A stretch of DNA of 33,880 nucleotides from Pedosphaera sp. (GTDB lineage: Bacteria > Verrucomicrobiota > Verrucomicrobiia > Limisphaerales > SXTU01), in the NCBI GenBank assembly GCA_043731805.1, contig JAYTIO010000047.1, positions 1 to 33,880 on the forward strand, given 5' to 3'. Shown here in pieces: positions 1 through 8,396 of this stretch. The position numbers and the translations under genes were made by a program. The notes under the pieces were generated by a model. The model searched no databases, was not told the origin of the DNA, and saw nothing but the letters and a program-made list of their open reading frames with translations. Position 1 is the first letter of the stretch, and each line of letters begins with the position of its first letter.

Positions 1-249
1 GAGGGGGAAGTTGAAGGCGGCCTGCTCACGGGCCGCGGCGACTTCGCTGCCGAGCAGGGTGAGCTTGGTGCCGTGCGTGTAATGCCGGTCGGTGCGCACC
101 ACCATGTCGTTCTCGGCGATGAGGTGGAAGGCGGGGCCGAGCAAATCAGCCGGCGCTGGCTCGGCGGCGAAGAGGGCTGCGTGCGCCAGCGAGAGCAACA
201 GCGCAGGGCTGAACAGAGGCGCCGCGATGGCTGATTTCCAGTTCTTCAT
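1..249 (-). CDS. lpxR: Lipid A 3'-O-deacylase LpxR family outer-membrane protein (5' part only, runs off window)
   Basis: Not in the ORF track. Manual translation from ATG 249: MKNWKSAIAAPLFSPALLLSLAHAALFAAEPAPADLLGPAFHLIAENDMVVRTDRHYTHGTKL... This gives a signal peptide plus the ENDxxxxTDRxYTxG motif typical of LpxR/DUF2219. It starts 1 nt after the aldolase stop. Confidence 0.8.
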   Translation of the reverse strand, partial: MKNWKSAIAAPLFSPALLLSLAHAALFAAEPAPADLLGPAFHLIAENDMVVRTDRHYTHGTKLTLLGSEVAAAREQAAFNFPL

Positions 250-250
250 A

Positions 251-1084
251 TCACGCTCGAATGCACTGGGCCGCCTGCGCCGCCGTCGCGCCATCGTGGA
301 CGAGGGCCAGGAGCGCGCGGGTCATGCCCGCCGGGTCGGCGTGCTGGAGGATGTTGCGGCCATACACGATGCCCGCCGCGCCCTGCTTCAGCAGCGCCTC
401 GGTGCGTTGCAAGATGACCGCGTCCGAAGCCTTGCCGCCGCCGCGCACCAGCACGGGGACGCGGCCCGCGATGGCGATGACTTGATGGTAGTCCGCTGGG
501 TCGTCGGTCGGGTCGGCCTTGAGGATGTCCGCGCCGAGTTCGCAGGCTAGACGCACGAGCGGGAGAAGCTTATCGAGGTCGCCGTCCACCATGTAACCGC
601 CGTTCTTGGGGTTCGGCTGGAATGCCAGCGGCTCGATCATCAGCGGCATCGCCCAGCGGTCGCAGTCGGGCTTGAGGCGGAGAATGTTCTGGAGGCACTG
701 GTCGGTGAGTTCCGGTTCGCCGGGGATGGCGAAGAGATTCACCACCACGCACCCCGCGTCGAGACGGAGCGCTTGCTCGACGGGGCTTTCGATCATGCGA
801 CTGAAGAGCGCACGCGGAAGCTGCGGGCCATAGACGTTGGCCGTGTCGGTGCGCAGGACGAGCGCGGGCTTGTTCTTGCCGGGGAGCGACTGGAGGAGGT
901 GCGCCTGACCGACGGTGAGTTGGACGGCATCCGGCGCGGCGGCGGCGACCGCCTGCACGGCGCGCTCGAGGTTTTCGATGCCGGTGAGGAAGCCGCGCTC
1001 ATTAAAGAAGCCGTGGTCCAGAGCCACGTCGAAGCAACGGTTCGACTTGGGGTTGAAGAGGCGGTTGAGGCGAAATTGCTTCAT
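251..1084 (-). CDS. Class I aldolase, DhnA/FbaB/LsrF-like family
   Basis: Start taken at MKQFRLNRLFN (ATG 1084). Motifs VALDHG, MPLMIEP, ELGADILKAD (Schiff-base Lys), VPVLVRGGGK and GAAGIVYGRNILQ. Confidence 0.88.
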   Translation of the reverse strand: MKQFRLNRLFNPKSNRCFDVALDHGFFNERGFLTGIENLERAVQAVAAAAPDAVQLTVGQAHLLQSLPGKNKPALVLRTDTANVYGPQLPRALFSRMIESPVEQALRLDAGCVVVNLFAIPGEPELTDQCLQNILRLKPDCDRWAMPLMIEPLAFQPNPKNGGYMVDGDLDKLLPLVRLACELGADILKADPTDDPADYHQVIAIAGRVPVLVRGGGKASDAVILQRTEALLKQGAAGIVYGRNILQHADPAGMTRALLALVHDGATAAQAAQCIRA

Positions 1085-1208
1085 GGCGCGGCCCGTTGCG
1101 TAGCGGTTTGCGCGCGGTTTGGCGACGATTTTTTGCCGACCCATTTTTCCCCTCGCCCCTGCCGCAGGGCTGGCCTACGGTGCACAAAAAGCAAACTCAA
1201 CCACCCGT

Positions 1209-1772
1209 ATGGACGTATCCTTCCATTGTCCGAGCTGCAACCTGCACATCAGTGCGGATGCCGATGCCGTGGGCGAGGAAATCAACTGTCCCCAGTGCGA
1301 GCATCCGTTCCGCATCCCCCCCGGCCGGCCCGCCACCGAACCCGTCCCGGTGGCGGTGAAGAAGACCACCGTCCGCGCGCCGACCGTGGTGGTGGCCGCG
1401 CCGCACGCCGACCCTAAACCGGAGCCGAAGCCCGACGCCCACAAACCGAAGCCCGACGCCAAGGCCGCAGCGCACGCCCCGGAGCACAAGCCGTTGAGTG
1501 TGCCGCACCACCACGGCCCGCAGGAATCCCTGGTGAAGAAGGCCGCGCACGTGGAGCACAAGGACGAGCCGCCCAAGATCCGCGTCAAGACCATCAAACG
1601 CGGCTCCTGCGTCGAGGTGGGCCACGACCTCTTCGATGAGAAGGTGACGGAGTTCCTCAACAAGATCGGCCAGGAGAACATCATCCACATGAGCGCCATC
1701 GGCTACGGCGCGATGGACTCCACCGGCCACATGCTGCCGGACTACGGGATCATGATCGTCTATCGCGGGTGA
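1209..1772 (+). CDS. Zinc-ribbon protein with Pro/Lys/His-rich linker and small C-terminal alpha/beta domain
   Basis: MDVSFHCPSC...INCPQC (two CxxC pairs), a low-complexity linker, and a compact C-terminal domain ending YGIMIVYRG. Codon usage is GC3-rich. Confidence 0.8.
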   Translation: MDVSFHCPSCNLHISADADAVGEEINCPQCEHPFRIPPGRPATEPVPVAVKKTTVRAPTVVVAAPHADPKPEPKPDAHKPKPDAKAAAHAPEHKPLSVPHHHGPQESLVKKAAHVEHKDEPPKIRVKTIKRGSCVEVGHDLFDEKVTEFLNKIGQENIIHMSAIGYGAMDSTGHMLPDYGIMIVYRG

Positions 1773-1846
1773 GCGGGCGGGGGTTTCCCGGGCTTGAGGG
1801 AGAGCCGCGCGTGTGCTTGAGTGCCCGGGCTGCAACCCGTTTCAAC

Positions 1847-2716
1847 ATGAACCTCCACCGCCGTCCGCTGGCTAAACTGGCCGCTCTCCTCGTCGTCCTC
1901 CAACTGCTGGCGTGCGCCCTGACCGCGTCCGCAGTCACGGTGACGAACTTCGTCCGGAGCAACACCTTCAACCCCGCCAGCATGACCATCAACGCGGGGG
2001 ACACCGTGGTCTGGGTCTGGGAAAGCGGCATCCATAACGTCACTAGCACGACGGGCGCATTTGCCTCGGGGAACAAAAGTCCGGTAGAAACCTTTTCCCG
2101 GACATTCACCACGTCTGGAACCTTCAATTACACCTGCACAATCCACCCCGGCCAGAACGGCACTCTCATAGTCCAGGCCGTCAACCAGCCGCCCACCGTC
2201 AGCCTCACCTCGCCGACCAACGGCACCAAGGTCCTGGCCACCACCAACTTCCTCCTCTCGGCCACCGCCACGGACCCGGGTGGCTCCGTGGCTCGGGTGG
2301 ATATTTTCTCCAGCGCGTCAGCCGGCGTCATCGGCGATCCCATCTGTAGCCTGACCGGCCCGGGCCCCGCCTTCCAATTCACCACCAACCTTCCCGGCGG
2401 CACCTTCTTCTTCACCGCCGTGGCCACGGACAATCTGGGCGCAACCAACAAGTCCGCCGCCGTTCAGATTTTCTCGCTCACCAACGCCACGCTTGTGGTG
2501 GCCAGCCCGCTCACCAGCGCCGCTGTTTTCACCGTCAGCAACAGTTTCGCCGGGCAGCAATACTTCGTGGATGCGCTGACCAACTTCACCGGCACGCTCT
2601 CCACGCAGTGGTTCCCCATCGCCACCAACACCGCGCCCAGCAACAACTTCCTCTTCACCGACTCGGTGCTCACGGCGCCGATCCCGCGCCTGTATCGCGT
2701 CCGCCAGTCATTGTAG
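1847..2716 (+). CDS. Secreted cupredoxin (plastocyanin/amicyanin-like) + Ig-like domain protein
   Basis: Signal peptide; FNPASMTINAGDTVVW..HNVT..YTCTIHPGQNGTLIV cupredoxin pattern; NQPPTVSLTSPTNG..ATATDPGGSVARVDIF..AVATDNLGATNKSAAV bacterial Ig-like domain; C-terminus W..IATN..F.FTD..RLYRV. Confidence 0.85.
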   Translation: MNLHRRPLAKLAALLVVLQLLACALTASAVTVTNFVRSNTFNPASMTINAGDTVVWVWESGIHNVTSTTGAFASGNKSPVETFSRTFTTSGTFNYTCTIHPGQNGTLIVQAVNQPPTVSLTSPTNGTKVLATTNFLLSATATDPGGSVARVDIFSSASAGVIGDPICSLTGPGPAFQFTTNLPGGTFFFTAVATDNLGATNKSAAVQIFSLTNATLVVASPLTSAAVFTVSNSFAGQQYFVDALTNFTGTLSTQWFPIATNTAPSNNFLFTDSVLTAPIPRLYRVRQSL

Positions 2717-2725
2717 CCTCGCGGC

Positions 2726-3409
2726 ATGACGACGCTCTTCATCGCCACGCGCAACGCCCACAAGGTCGGAGAGCTGGCCGCCATCTTGGGCGACGGAGTC
2801 GAGTGCCGCCCACTGTTGACAGAATTCCCCAGCGCCCCGGTGCCGGTGGAGGACGCGGGCACCTTCGCCGGCAACGCCCTCAAGAAAGCTCACTCGCTTG
2901 CGGCCTGGCTCGCGGACACGGCTGCGTTGGCCCAACCACTCGCTGTCGCCGACCACACCTTCATCCTCGCCGATGACTCCGGCCTGGAAGTGGACGCGCT
3001 GGGTGGCGCACCCGGCGTTCACTCCGCGCGCTTCGCAGCGTTGGATGCCAGCCAGGCCGGCAACCGCCCGGACGCCGACAACAACGCCAAACTCCTGCGC
3101 CTGTTGGCCGACGTGCCGCAGGCGAAGCGCACCGCGCGCTTCCGCTGCGTGCTGGCGCTGGTAGAGGTGAACCGCGCCGTCCCCGCGCTGGCCCCGCGGC
3201 TGTTCGAGGGCGCGTGCGAGGGCTGGATTGATTTCGCGCCGCGCGGCAGCGGCGGGTTCGGCTACGATCCCCTGTTCATCCCGACGGGCCATGAGCAATC
3301 CTTCGCCGAGTTGGGCGAGCACGTGAAGAACGGCCTGAGCCACCGCGCCCAGGCGTTGGCGAAACTGCGGGCGTGGCTGGAGTTGCGCGCGGCCCCGGCA
3401 CACGGATAA
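2726..3409 (+). CDS. rdgB: Non-canonical purine NTP pyrophosphatase (RdgB/HAM1)
   Basis: Motifs ATRNAHK, TFAGNALKKA, ADDSGLEVDALGGAPGVHSARFA, GFGYDPLF, KNGLSHR. Confidence 0.95.
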   Translation: MTTLFIATRNAHKVGELAAILGDGVECRPLLTEFPSAPVPVEDAGTFAGNALKKAHSLAAWLADTAALAQPLAVADHTFILADDSGLEVDALGGAPGVHSARFAALDASQAGNRPDADNNAKLLRLLADVPQAKRTARFRCVLALVEVNRAVPALAPRLFEGACEGWIDFAPRGSGGFGYDPLFIPTGHEQSFAELGEHVKNGLSHRAQALAKLRAWLELRAAPAHG

Positions 3410-3416
3410 TCCCGGC

Positions 3417-3785
3417 ATGAAAACCGTCGCCGTCATCGGGGCCTCCACCGACCGCAGCAAGTTCGGCAACAAAGCCGTGCGCGCCTATCACCAGCAGGGT
3501 TTCACCGTCTGGCCGGTGAACCCGAAGGAGCCGACCGTCGAGGGCCTGCCCGCGTTTGCGAACATCGCGGACGTGCCGGGTCGGCCCAACCTGGTGAGTG
3601 TCTATCTCCCGCCGCCCGTGACGCTGAAGGTGCTGCCCGCCATCGCCGCCAAGGGCTGCGATGAACTGTGGCTCAACCCTGGCACCGAGTCCGCCGAGGT
3701 GCTGGCGGCGGCGGAGCGGTTGGGGCTGAACGTGATTCAGGCGTGCAGCATCGTGAGTGTGGGAGTGTCGCCGGCGGCGCTGTAG
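3417..3785 (+). CDS. CoA-binding protein (YccU-like)
   Basis: MKTVAVIGASTDRSKFGNKAV..VWPVNP..LWLNPGTES..CSIV; starts 7 nt after rdgB. Confidence 0.92.
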   Translation: MKTVAVIGASTDRSKFGNKAVRAYHQQGFTVWPVNPKEPTVEGLPAFANIADVPGRPNLVSVYLPPPVTLKVLPAIAAKGCDELWLNPGTESAEVLAAAERLGLNVIQACSIVSVGVSPAAL

Positions 3786-3859
3786 CGGCGGTCTGTGACC
3801 GCCGAGGTTGGACGCAGATTCGGACCCCATCACGGCGGTCGCAGACCGCCGCTACAGCG
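3778..3859. repeat. GTAG-type REP doublet (REPIN-like inverted repeat)
   Basis: 3778-3804 cgctgtagcggcggtctgtgaccgccg and 3833-3859 are inverted copies with 1 mismatch. Each arm is GTAG followed by an 8-bp hairpin (cggcggtc/gaccgccg). Confidence 0.9.
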
Positions 3860-5069
3860 AGCGCCAGCACTCCTCCACCCGCTTCACCTGCTGCGGCCGC
3901 AGCGTGTGCATGGAGAACTTCGCCGCCGTCCGGGCGAAGAGTTCCGCTTCCCCCCGCGTGCCCAACGCCGCGATGCGCTTGATCTGCGCGACCGCGTCTC
4001 CCGGTTTCCCATGCGCCACCCGCGCGGTGTGCGGCGAGTTGCCCATGCTCGCGAGGATGTCCGCGAGATGGCTCGGCTCCGGCCCGACGTAGAGCACCGG
4101 CGCGCCGACGGTGAGGATGTTGTAAATCTTGCAGGGGTGAATCATCCCGACGAACGGGTCGCCCAGCACGACCGTGTGCAGGTCCGCCGCCGAGAGCGAG
4201 CCGGCGAGTTCGGTGAGCGGCTGGTAAGGCAGGCAGAGGATGTTCTTCAGCGCGTGCTGCTCGGCGAAGCGCTTCACCTTCGGATGCTCGCTGCCGCCGC
4301 CCACGAAGCAGAAGACGTAGCGCGGGTCGTCCGCCAGTTGGCGTGCGGCGTCGAGCAGCGTGGTGAGCGGATGCACGGGGCTGTGGTTGCCGGAATACAT
4401 CACGACGAACTTGTCCGTCAGCCCGTGCGCGGCGCGGAACTTCGCGCGGCCCACCGCGTCGAAGTGCACCGCTTCATCATGCGCCCACGGCGGGATGACG
4501 ACGACGCGCTCGGTGGGGATGCCCTTCGCCACGATGCGGTCCTTCATGTAGCGGTCCAGCGCGAAGATGCAGTGCGACTGGCGGAGGCTGAAGCGGGACA
4601 TCACCTCGAGCGCGCGGGTCGGCAGGCTGCCGGCGCGGAGCCAGCCAGCGGCGACAGCTTCGTCTGGGTTCATATCCATCACCCAGTAGAAGAGCTTCGC
4701 CCCGCGGAGCCGGCAGAACCACGCGGCGAGATACGAGACCAGCGGCGGCGAGGTCAGCGCCACGACGGCGTCGTAGCGCGGCAGCGTGAGCAGTCGCAAC
4801 GTGGTGGCGGCGCTGAAGAAACCGAAGTCCGCCGCCCGCCGCCAGAGCGCGCCTTTACCAAAGCCCGCCGCCGGCAGCCGCTGAATCTCCACGCCCCGCC
4901 ACGTCTCGCGCACGGGGAAGCGCTGCGCTGGGTTGTCATAAGCGCGCCGGCTGGCGATGGCTGTGACTTGATGGCCGCGCTCGGCCAGACCCACGCCGAA
5001 GTCGGACAAATGCTGGGCCGTGGACGCCACGTCCGGGTGAAAGCACTGGTTGAGCAGCAGAATGCGCAT
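3852..5069 (-). CDS. Glycosyltransferase family 4 (WcaI/WbuB-like)
   Basis: MRILLLNQCFHPD start; LTSPP, YWVMDMNPD, VVMYSGN, FVGGG, LPYQP, ADLHTV, HPCKIYNIL GT-B motifs. Confidence 0.92.
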   Translation of the reverse strand: MRILLLNQCFHPDVASTAQHLSDFGVGLAERGHQVTAIASRRAYDNPAQRFPVRETWRGVEIQRLPAAGFGKGALWRRAADFGFFSAATTLRLLTLPRYDAVVALTSPPLVSYLAAWFCRLRGAKLFYWVMDMNPDEAVAAGWLRAGSLPTRALEVMSRFSLRQSHCIFALDRYMKDRIVAKGIPTERVVVIPPWAHDEAVHFDAVGRAKFRAAHGLTDKFVVMYSGNHSPVHPLTTLLDAARQLADDPRYVFCFVGGGSEHPKVKRFAEQHALKNILCLPYQPLTELAGSLSAADLHTVVLGDPFVGMIHPCKIYNILTVGAPVLYVGPEPSHLADILASMGNSPHTARVAHGKPGDAVAQIKRIAALGTRGEAELFARTAAKFSMHTLRPQQVKRVEECWRSL

Positions 5070-5138
5070 GGTGGAAAGCAAACGCGCCGACGTTACCGGG
5101 TCGGCGCGTGGGCGGGAAGGTTCAGTGTCCGGCGCGGT

Positions 5139-6125
5139 TCACTTCGACTTCGCCTGCGAGACCATCTGGTCGTAAATCCACGCGTAGGTCTTTTCCAGGC
5201 CAGTGCGCAGCGAGATGCTGGGCTCCCAGCCGAAGACGCGTTGGATGAGCGCGTTGTCCGAGTTGCGGCCGTTGACGCCCTTGGGCGCGTCGAGCTTGTA
5301 GTTACGCTTGAGGGTCACTCCCGCGATGGACTCGGCGAGGTCCACGAGCTGGTTGATCGTGACCTTCTCGGAGCTGCCGATGTTGATGGGCTCGAAGTAG
5401 TCGCTGTGGGTGAGCATCTGCGTGCCCTTGAGGCAGTCGTCGATATACATGAACGAGCGCGTCTGGTTGCCGTCGCCCCAGATCTCGATCGCGTGCGTGC
5501 CGGCGAGCTTGGCGGCGATGACCTTGCGGCAGACGGCGGCAGGAGCCTTCTCTCGCCCGCCGTCCCAGGTGCCTTCGGGGCCATAGACATTGTGGTAACG
5601 GGCGACGCGGGTCTTAACGCCGTAGTCCTCGCGGAAGTGGCGGCACATCCGTTCGCTGAAAAGTTTTTCCCAGCCGTAGCCGTCCTCGGGCATCGCGGGA
5701 TAGGCGTCCGCCTCCGCCAGCCCCGTGATGGACGGGTCGGTCTGCTTGGAGCCGTTGTAAACGCAGGCGGAGGAGGCGTAGAAGAAGCGGTCCACGCCGG
5801 CGGCCTTGGCGGCCATGAGCAAGTGCGTGTTGATGAGCACCGAGAGCATGCAAAGCGCCTTGTTGTTCTCGATGAAGCCCATGCCGCCCATGTCGGCGGC
5901 GAGGTTGTAAACGACGCTCGCCCCCTGCATCGCGCGCTCGCAGGCGGCCCGGTCCTGGAGGTCGAGCACGACGTTCTCCACACCGTCGAAGCGCTGATAC
6001 CAGCCGTCGTAGGGCTTGAGGTCCACGCTGCGGATGGGGCCGATGCCCTGCCGCCGTAAGTCCGCCACCAGATGGCCGCCGATGAAGCCGCCGCCGCCGC
6101 ACACCACCGTCACGTTTGTTTTCAT
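5139..6125 (-). CDS. NAD-dependent epimerase, GDP-mannose 3',5'-epimerase-like
   Basis: GGGGFIG Rossmann motif, NLAADMGGMGFI, FFYASSACVY, YGWEK (YxxxK), GTWDGGREKAPAA, WGDGNQTRSF, GVNGRNSDN. Confidence 0.9.
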   Translation of the reverse strand: MKTNVTVVCGGGGFIGGHLVADLRRQGIGPIRSVDLKPYDGWYQRFDGVENVVLDLQDRAACERAMQGASVVYNLAADMGGMGFIENNKALCMLSVLINTHLLMAAKAAGVDRFFYASSACVYNGSKQTDPSITGLAEADAYPAMPEDGYGWEKLFSERMCRHFREDYGVKTRVARYHNVYGPEGTWDGGREKAPAAVCRKVIAAKLAGTHAIEIWGDGNQTRSFMYIDDCLKGTQMLTHSDYFEPINIGSSEKVTINQLVDLAESIAGVTLKRNYKLDAPKGVNGRNSDNALIQRVFGWEPSISLRTGLEKTYAWIYDQMVSQAKSK

Positions 6126-6255
6126 AAGGAGAAAAGCCGCACTGAGCCAGACAGGCCGGGGCGATTAACCGCTCCGCTTGGCCGCTTGCAATGGGGCGGG
6201 AGCGTGGCAAAACACCTGAAAATTGGAAGTCCTTTTTCGGTAGCAGCAGCCGCCT

Positions 6256-8043
6256 TCATCCGCTCACGTTTGCGCCTGTGCCGGCCGCCATGAGTCGGCG
6301 GAACGTGCCGCCTTCCCGCCGCGCCAATTCCCCCGGCGCACCGCTCTCCACCACGCGGCCTTGCTCCAGCACGACGACCTGGTCGGCCTGTTGCACGGTC
6401 GAGAGCCGGTGGGCGATCACGACAAGCGTGAGTTCGCCGTGGAGCTGCTCGATGGCTTGCTGCACGAAGCGCTCGTTCTCGTTGTCCAGCGAGCTGGTCG
6501 CCTCGTCGAGCAGCAGCAACGTGGGCCGGCGCAGCAGCGCGCGGGCGAGCGTGAGCCGCTGACGCTCGCCGCCGGAGAGCCGCACGCCGCGATCGCCGAC
6601 GACTGTGTCCAAGCCCTGCGGCAGCCGCGCGACGAAGGCCGCCGCCGCCGCCGTGCGCAGCGCGGTTTGCAAGTCGGCCTCGGTCGCGTCGGGCATGGCC
6701 CAAAGCAGGTTCGCCCGGATGGTGTCGTGGAAGAGAAACGGCTCCTGCGGCACGTAGCCAATCGAATGCCGCCACGCCGCCAGGCGCGCGCCCGCGAGCG
6801 GCTCGCCATCCACGAGCACCTGGCCCTCCGTCGGCGTGAGCAGGCCCAGCAACAGGTCGGCGAGCGTGCTCTTGCCCGCGCCCGAGGGCCCGACGAGCGC
6901 GGTCATCTGCCGCGCCGGCACGGTGAAGCTCACGCCGCGCACCGCCAGAGGCTGTGGGTCAGCCCCGTAATTGAAGCTGACGCCGGCCACCGTCACGGCC
7001 CGTTGCAACTCCAGCCGGCTCGCGTCGTCGGGCAACGCTTCGCGCGCGGCGCGGAGCTGGGTGCGGAGCGTTTCCACGGCGGTGAAGGCGGGCAGGAAGT
7101 TGAGAATTTGCTGCCACGTCGTTTGTATGCCCCCGATGCGCGGCAGCAACCGGGTGAAGACAAACACCATCAAGACCAGTTGCGCCGTGCCGAGCTTGGC
7201 CCAGCGCACCGCCATATAGAGGAAGAACAGCAGCGCCAGCCAGCCCGCGACCTCGAAGAACGCGCGCGACGCCGAGAAGATCTGGCGGGCCAGGACCGCG
7301 TGCTCCGCCAGCGCGTGGGTCGTGCGGCGGAACAGCGCGAGGTGGTGGCCGCCGCGGCCGTGGCTCTTGGCGACCTTGAAGCCGGCGAGGTGCTCGGTGA
7401 TGGCGGCGTTGAGCTCGCTCCGTAGCTGCTGGCTGGTCTTGCCCGCCGCATGCGCCCGGCGGTTGAGCGGTCGCAGCGCCAGCGCCAGGACGAGGCCGCT
7501 GGCCAGCGCCAGCGCGGTGAGCGGCGGGGAGAGCAGCACCGCCATTGTCAGATGCACGGTGGCCAGCCCGATCAGCCCGACGAGTGCGAGGCCCTGCTGC
7601 GCGGCGTGCCCCGCCTGATCCACCTCCATCGTCAGCGAGCGCGTGAGGTCTGCGGCGCGCAGCTTCGTGAAGGCCAGCCAGCGGGCCTGGACCATCGCCG
7701 CGTAGAGGCCCTCGCGCAGGTGGACCACGTAGCTGGCCTCGATTCGTGCGTTGAGCTGGTCCGCCCAGCGCTTCAACGCCGCTTGTCCAATCAGCAGCGC
7801 CACGAACGCGAGCAGCACCAGCTCGAAGCTGGTCTTCAGCCCCACCCACTGAAACAAGTTCTGCCAAATCTCGGCGAGTTTCCCCGGCATCCGCACCTCG
7901 CCTAGGCCGAGCGTCTGGATCAACGGCACGAGACTCAGCAGCCCAGCGGCTTCCAGCAGTGTCACCGCCACGAGCAAGGCCGCCGACAGCACGATGCGCC
8001 GGCCGGCGTGGTCTAGGAAGCTGCGTAGCAAGGCGGATGACAT
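6256..8043 (-). CDS. ABC exporter, fused permease/ATP-binding protein
   Basis: Start at MSSALLRSF (ATG 8043). N-terminal multi-TM domain; Walker A GPSGAGKS, signature LSGGERQR, Walker B LLLLDEAT, H-loop IAHR. Confidence 0.93.
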   Translation of the reverse strand: MSSALLRSFLDHAGRRIVLSAALLVAVTLLEAAGLLSLVPLIQTLGLGEVRMPGKLAEIWQNLFQWVGLKTSFELVLLAFVALLIGQAALKRWADQLNARIEASYVVHLREGLYAAMVQARWLAFTKLRAADLTRSLTMEVDQAGHAAQQGLALVGLIGLATVHLTMAVLLSPPLTALALASGLVLALALRPLNRRAHAAGKTSQQLRSELNAAITEHLAGFKVAKSHGRGGHHLALFRRTTHALAEHAVLARQIFSASRAFFEVAGWLALLFFLYMAVRWAKLGTAQLVLMVFVFTRLLPRIGGIQTTWQQILNFLPAFTAVETLRTQLRAAREALPDDASRLELQRAVTVAGVSFNYGADPQPLAVRGVSFTVPARQMTALVGPSGAGKSTLADLLLGLLTPTEGQVLVDGEPLAGARLAAWRHSIGYVPQEPFLFHDTIRANLLWAMPDATEADLQTALRTAAAAAFVARLPQGLDTVVGDRGVRLSGGERQRLTLARALLRRPTLLLLDEATSSLDNENERFVQQAIEQLHGELTLVVIAHRLSTVQQADQVVVLEQGRVVESGAPGELARREGGTFRRLMAAGTGANVSG

Positions 8044-8396
8044 TGTGCTGACGGACGCCGGGAGTCTGTTGCCGCCGGCCGGCCGAGAAAAGCAAAAGCG
8101 CGACCGGAGGGCCTGGTGCCGGCCGCCGAACCCGGAGGAAAGCATTTATAAGGAGAGCTGGAAGGCAGGAGGACCCGAGGCGTGCCGCCCTTAACGTTTC
8201 GGGCGACTTTTGAAACGGGCCCGGAGCGGAGCCCGCCGGGTCGCCCGCGCTCCCGTGCCACAACCCTCGGGCGGCAAGCAGCGACACGTTGCATCTCCTG
8301 CCTTCCTGCCCTCCTGATAAAACCCTTCTCCCGCCCCGCTCCTGGCCCTGAATTAGCCCTTCCAAACCGCCGTCCGTTCAGGGCATTTTTCAAACC

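Noticed and set aside
3795-6059. 754-aa plus-strand ORF, and similar long ORFs at 8013-10478(-), 11034-12554(-), 16084-18078(+), 25139-27922(-) and 31044-32468(+)
   Set aside because: Antisense shadows of well-supported genes; typical of high-GC codon bias and without recognisable motifs.
6256-8043. ABC exporter as part of a lasso peptide/RiPP cluster
   Set aside because: No precursor, cyclase or peptidase genes nearby; the neighbours are glycan genes.
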